This document shows positions 25,829 to 30,033 of a stretch of DNA of 30,033 nt, piece by piece. The stretch covers positions 1 through 30,033 of the forward strand of contig DATMQU010000562.1 of the NCBI GenBank assembly GCA_035566715.1. Reading direction: 5' to 3'. The translations under genes were made by a program, and so were the position numbers. Within the stretch, counting starts at the first letter, position 1. Every line of letters starts with the position of its first letter. This stretch comes from Vicinamibacteria bacterium (GTDB lineage: Bacteria > Acidobacteriota > Vicinamibacteria > Fen-336). The notes under the pieces are model-generated. The model was not told where the DNA came from. It ran no database searches and was given only the letters and a program-made list of their open reading frames with translations.

Positions 25829-26515
25829 TCAGCCCGGAGACAGGGGAACGAGACGGCCATCCTCGATCGTGAAAGCGCGGTCGGCGAGGGCCGCCACCTG
25901 CGGGCTGTGCGTGGCCAGGACCAGGGTCTTGCCCGCTCGGCGGGTCATGCGGTCGAGCAGATCGAGAACGGCTTGGCCGGTCGCGTCGTCCAGGTTCCCG
26001 GTGGGCTCATCGGCAAGGACCAGGCTGGGGCTTTGGACCAAGGCGCGGGCAATGCCCACGCGCTGCTGCTCGCCGCCGGAGAGCCGGTCGGGGAAGTCGT
26101 GCCGGCGATCCGCAAGCCCCACCTCCTCCAGAAGCGCGAGCCCTCGCCGGACCGTCTCCCGGGGGGGTGCCCCCGCCAGTTCGGCGGGAAGCTGGACATT
26201 TTCGAGGACGGTCAGGGTGGGAATGAGGTTGAAGAATTGGAAGACAAAGCCCAGGTGGTCGCGACGGAAGAGCGCGCGGTCGCGCGGGGTGAGCCGGTTC
26301 AGGCACGTCCCGTTGATCAGGACGTCGCCTGCCGTGGGGAGGTCGATCCCGGCCAGCAGGTTCAGCAAGGTGCTCTTGCCGCTCCCGCTCCGCCCCCGGA
26401 TGGCCACGAACTCGCCTTCGTTGAACGCGGCGCTGGCCTCGCGCAGCACCGGGCGGCTCTTCCCGCCCTCGCTGTACTCCTTGCTCACGCGGTCGAGGCG
26501 GATGATGGCCGTCAC
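25829..26515 (-). CDS. LolD/MacB-type ABC ATP-binding protein
   Basis: [31 protein letters not shown] and THS. The start GTG 26515 was chosen from the domain boundary. Confidence 0.92.
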   Translation of the reverse strand: MTAIIRLDRVSKEYSEGGKSRPVLREASAAFNEGEFVAIRGRSGSGKSTLLNLLAGIDLPTAGDVLINGTCLNRLTPRDRALFRRDHLGFVFQFFNLIPTLTVLENVQLPAELAGAPPRETVRRGLALLEEVGLADRRHDFPDRLSGGEQQRVGIARALVQSPSLVLADEPTGNLDDATGQAVLDLLDRMTRRAGKTLVLATHSPQVAALADRAFTIEDGRLVPLSPG

Positions 26516-26540
26516 GGGGTGTCGCCGGAGGGGACGGGAG

Positions 26541-26589
26541 AGTCTAGCCCCCGGCTCCCCGACCCGCAAACGCGATGAGGGCGTAGAAT
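26541..26589. promoter_or_regulatory. Divergent -10 boxes: TAGACT (-, 26541-26546) and TAGAAT (+, 26584-26589)
   Basis: Both lie in the short gap between the divergent ABC ATPase and methyltransferase-fusion genes. Confidence 0.4.
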
Positions 26590-26598
26590 ACCCGCGGT

Positions 26599-28740
26599 TT
26601 GAGCTCTCTCCCCGCTCCCCACCCCCACCGCAACCGGTATCTCTTCGCCGCTGCCATCGGGCTTGGCGCCTTCCTGCTGTTCCAGGTCCAGTTCATCATG
26701 GGCAAGGAGATCTTGCCCTGGTTCGGGGGGGCCCCCGCGGTCTGGACCACCTGCATGCTTTTCTTCCAGGTGGGGCTGCTTCTGGGCTACCTCTACGCTC
26801 ATGTGCTCTCGGAGAACCTCCCCCCCCGTGGCCAGCGGACGGTGCACCTCCTCGTGCTCGGCCTGACCCTGGGCCTGCTCCTCTGGCGCGCCCTCGCGTG
26901 GCCCTCGCCCCTCACCCCCGGGGACGCTTGGAAGCCGCGCCCCAGCGAGGCTCCGGTGGCGAAGATCCTCACCTTACTCTCGTTCAGCGTGGGCCTGCCC
27001 TATCTGGTTCTCTCCGCGACGGGGCCCCTCCTCCAGAGCTGGTTCTCGCGGGCCTGGCCGGCCGCCTCCCCCTACCGCCTCTACGCGCTCTCCAACCTGG
27101 GCTCGCTGCTCGGGCTCCTGAGCTACCCATTCCTGCTCGAGCCGATCTTCCCCCTCGGTGTCCAGGGGTGGCTGTGGGGGGTCGGGTTCGCCGTCTTCGC
27201 GGCCGGGTGCGCCGCGACCGCGGTTTTCGTGGGTCGGTTGCCACCGGCATCGCGCCCCCCCGGCACCTCCCCCGCCCCCGGGGACGAGGCACGGCCCGTG
27301 GTCTCCCGGCGGATCCTCTGGTTCTCCCTGGCCGCGGTCGCCTCCATCATGCTGCTGGCAGTGACGAACCAGATCTGCCAGGAGGTGGCGGTGATCCCGT
27401 TTCTATGGGTGTTGCCGCTCATCCTCTACCTGCTGTCCTTCATCCTTTGCTTCGAATACGAGGGGTTCTACCGGCGCTGGTTCTGGGTGATGCTCCTGGC
27501 CCTGGCCGCGGGGGCGGCGGTGGCCGCGCTCACCCGGGGGACCAGCCTGAAGGTTCCGCAGCAGATCGGCATCTACTCGTTCGTTCTCTGGGCCTACTGT
27601 ATGGCTTGCCATGGCGAGCTGGTGAGCCTCAAGCCCGCCGCCCGTCGGCTCACGTCGTTCTACCTGACCGTCGCGGCGGGGGGGGCGGCGGGAGGTATCT
27701 TGACCGGCCTGGTCGCCCCCCGGATCTTCCCTGCCTTCTGGGAGCTGCACTGCGCCCTCTTCGCCGGTCCCGCGCTGGTGGCGGTGGTGCTGCTCCTCGA
27801 CCGCTCCTCCTGGCTCCACCTCGGTGCCCGCTGGCGGGCGTGGACGCTGCGGCTCGTCCTTACCGCTGCCCTCGCGGTCCTGGGGGTGAGCCTGGAGCGC
27901 ATGGCCGCGGATTCCGTCCGCGACTCCGAGGTCGTAGCCCGGAACTTTTTCGGCGTGCTGCGCGTGATACGGGAGGACGAGGGGACGGAGGATGAGTCCC
28001 TGAGGCTCCGGCACGGACGAATCACCCATGGCCTGCAGCTCACCGCCCCCGCCCGCCGCCGCGAGCCCACCACGTACTATGGGCCGACGAGCGGGGTGGG
28101 TCTGATGCTCGAGCACCACTCCCGGCGCGAGGCGGGCCAGCCCTTGCGGGTCGGCGTGGTCGGCCTGGGGACGGGGACCCTGGCCGCTTACGCCCGACCC
28201 GGTGACACCTTCCGCATCTACGAGATCAACCCGGAAGTCGTGCGGCTATCCTCGGGTCCCCATCCTGTCTTTACCTTCCTCCACGATGCTCCCGGACAAG
28301 TCACGACCGTGCTCGGGGACGCCCGCCTCTCCCTCGAGCGCGAGCCCCCCCAGAACTTCGACGTCCTCGCCCTGGACGCCTTCAGCAGCGACTCCATACC
28401 CGTCCACCTGATCACGCGCGAGGCTTTCGCCCTCTACCTTTCGCACCTGCGCCCGGCGGGAGGGGTCCTGGCCGTTCACGTCTCGAACAAGTACCTGGAC
28501 CTGAAGCCCGTGGTCCGCGGCCTGGCGGGGGCGCTCGGGCTCCGGGCCGCCCTCGTTGACTCCGACGAGTCCGGGAGCTCGGTTTGGTCCTCGGATTGGA
28601 TCCTGCTCGCCCGTGCGGAAGCGGACTTGGGCCCCCCGGAGGTCCGGGAAGCGGAGGAGGACCTCGACGTCACCGACCGCCGGCTGCCGCTCTGGACCGA
28701 CACCTACAGCAACCTGTTGCGCGTGGTCAAGTTCCGCTGA
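26599..28740 (+). CDS. Fused multi-TM / spermidine-synthase-like SAM-dependent methyltransferase
   Basis: FLLFQVQ...[19 protein letters not shown]; C-terminal [41 protein letters not shown]. Confidence 0.88.
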   Translation: MSSLPAPHPHRNRYLFAAAIGLGAFLLFQVQFIMGKEILPWFGGAPAVWTTCMLFFQVGLLLGYLYAHVLSENLPPRGQRTVHLLVLGLTLGLLLWRALAWPSPLTPGDAWKPRPSEAPVAKILTLLSFSVGLPYLVLSATGPLLQSWFSRAWPAASPYRLYALSNLGSLLGLLSYPFLLEPIFPLGVQGWLWGVGFAVFAAGCAATAVFVGRLPPASRPPGTSPAPGDEARPVVSRRILWFSLAAVASIMLLAVTNQICQEVAVIPFLWVLPLILYLLSFILCFEYEGFYRRWFWVMLLALAAGAAVAALTRGTSLKVPQQIGIYSFVLWAYCMACHGELVSLKPAARRLTSFYLTVAAGGAAGGILTGLVAPRIFPAFWELHCALFAGPALVAVVLLLDRSSWLHLGARWRAWTLRLVLTAALAVLGVSLERMAADSVRDSEVVARNFFGVLRVIREDEGTEDESLRLRHGRITHGLQLTAPARRREPTTYYGPTSGVGLMLEHHSRREAGQPLRVGVVGLGTGTLAAYARPGDTFRIYEINPEVVRLSSGPHPVFTFLHDAPGQVTTVLGDARLSLEREPPQNFDVLALDAFSSDSIPVHLITREAFALYLSHLRPAGGVLAVHVSNKYLDLKPVVRGLAGALGLRAALVDSDESGSSVWSSDWILLARAEADLGPPEVREAEEDLDVTDRRLPLWTDTYSNLLRVVKFR

Positions 28741-28862
28741 CGGGATCCACGCTGCGGCTGTCGTCGCCGGATCTTGATAAACTACGGTGATCGGATCCTG
28801 GCAGCATGCGCGGCGGGGCAAGAGCGTGGTGTGACCCGCCGATCTGACAAAACGGGGGGAAC

Positions 28863-29369
28863 ATGGAGCCCATCCTCAACAAGGCGCGGGGGGGACAAAA
28901 CGCGGTGGAGCAGATCGCGAACGAGATCCCGGGCTTCAAGGGTTACCGGGAGAAAGAGCTGCGGCGCGACGCCGACCGCCTCCAGAGGCAGTACCTCTCC
29001 GCCCGGCTGGAGGAGGCCAAGAAGAGCCTCGATCGGCTGGCCGTCGCGGCCAGCCGGTCGGGCGCCCTTGACGGTATTAACGACATCGAGACCGCGCGTA
29101 AACGCCTGGACAGGGTGGTGGCGCGCATCCGCTACGCGGATCGCGGCTACGCCGGCTTCTTCGCGACCGTCAAAGTAGACGAAGCAGCGCTGGAGCGGAT
29201 CTATGCGTTCGACCTCTCCCTCCTGGGAGGGGTGGATGCGGCCCGCTCGGCCGCCCAGGCCGCAGGGACCCCGGCGGGGGGAGAGGGGGTCCAGGCCCTC
29301 CTCGCCGCCCTCGACGCGCTCGACACGCGCCTCGCCGATCGCGAGGCCGTCCTGAGCGGCATCCAGTAA
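28863..29369 (+). CDS. Helical hypothetical protein (IPGFKGY.EKE.RRDAD motif)
   Basis: GGGGGA SD-like sequence; clean codon usage; 13-nt gap containing the GGAGG SD of the SPFH gene. Confidence 0.75.
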   Translation: MEPILNKARGGQNAVEQIANEIPGFKGYREKELRRDADRLQRQYLSARLEEAKKSLDRLAVAASRSGALDGINDIETARKRLDRVVARIRYADRGYAGFFATVKVDEAALERIYAFDLSLLGGVDAARSAAQAAGTPAGGEGVQALLAALDALDTRLADREAVLSGIQ

Positions 29370-29382
29370 GGGAGGACTGCCC

Positions 29383-30033
29383 ATGGCGCTGCTCGAGGTC
29401 ATTCAGCACTTCGACGAATCCGGCCGCGAGATCGTCCACCGGGAGCCGCCCTCCGGCTCCGCGGACATCAAGCTGGGCGCCCAGCTCATCGTCCAGGACA
29501 ACCAATGGGCCAGCTTCTTCCGGGATGGGAAGGCCCTGGACACCTTTGCCTCGGGACGGCACACCCTCACCACCTTGAACCTGCCCCTCCTCACCCGGCT
29601 CCTGAAGATCCCCTTCGGGGGCAGCTCCCCCTTCCAGGCCCAGGTCTACTTCATCAGCCGCCAGACCTTCACCGACATGAAGTGGGGGACCAAGGAGCCC
29701 ATCGCCTTCCGCGACTCCGAGCTGTCGATGGTGCGCCTTCGCGCCTTCGGCCGCTTTTCCATGCGCGTGGCCGACCCCGGGATCTTCCTGGCCCAGCTGG
29801 TGGGGACCCGCGGGCAGTACTCGACGGACGCCATCGAGGACTTCCTCCGCGACATCTGCGTGGCCCGCCTGAACGACCTCCTGGGGGAGACGCTCAAGAC
29901 GATCCTGGACCTGCCGCGCCACTACGACGAGCTGGCGGGGGCGCTCAAGGGCCGGGTGGCCGACGACTTTGGCAAGTACGGCCTGGAGCTCGTGGATTTC
30001 CTCATCGGGGCCATCACCCCGCCCGAAGAGGTC
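29383..30033 (+). CDS. SPFH/Band-7 domain protein (YdjI-like), 3'-truncated by the window edge
   Basis: Missing from the ORF track because there is no stop. GGGAGG SD, ATG 29383. [57 protein letters not shown], open to the end of the window. Confidence 0.88.
   Translation, partial: MALLEVIQHFDESGREIVHREPPSGSADIKLGAQLIVQDNQWASFFRDGKALDTFASGRHTLTTLNLPLLTRLLKIPFGGSSPFQAQVYFISRQTFTDMKWGTKEPIAFRDSELSMVRLRAFGRFSMRVADPGIFLAQLVGTRGQYSTDAIEDFLRDICVARLNDLLGETLKTILDLPRHYDELAGALKGRVADDFGKYGLELVDFLIGAITPPEEV

Noticed and set aside
20060-27995. Long antisense or alternate-frame ORFs (20060..21799+, 22569..23855+, 24977..26578+, 25662..27995+), also 15574..17049+ and 17619..18890+
   Set aside because: These are shadow ORFs expected from stop-codon scarcity at high GC. 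They have no recognisable motifs and overlap well-supported genes.
28741-28862. Cluster of GATC/GGATCC words upstream of the SPFH operon
   Set aside because: No consistent spacing or recognisable operator palindrome, and no -10 box at proper distance from TTGATA.

Overview
A GC-rich bacterial window; gene content and codon style suggest Acidobacteriota (inference). No rRNA, complete tRNA, CRISPR array or transposase was found. Bases 1-~3300 are visibly lower in GC. They carry a putative envelope-spanning redox cassette: the 3' part of an outer-membrane beta-barrel resembling Cyc2-type cytochrome-porins (its N-terminus lies outside the window), a type-1 copper cupredoxin and a diheme c cytochrome. 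An inverted, decayed relic of a second porin gene follows. A minus-strand cluster (3315-8529) holds a stand-alone NuoF-like flavo-Fe-S protein coupled to an ~8-TM membrane protein and a 4xCxxC protein. It also holds a degenerate Fpg/Nei homologue, infA, a HAD nucleotidase and a catalytically incomplete HtrA-like protein; three of these genes appear to need CTG start codons. The rest is mostly ordinary: an A-type Fe-S carrier, LON N-domain, ankyrin, an AraC relic, PDZ, EI24, glgC, DUF2231, YjbR, LMF1, a sulfatase-like protein, fused E1, an AttEFGH-like ABC/lipocalin unit, a membrane/spermidine-synthase-like fusion, and the start of an SPFH operon. Family calls come from motifs recognised by eye; no database search was run.
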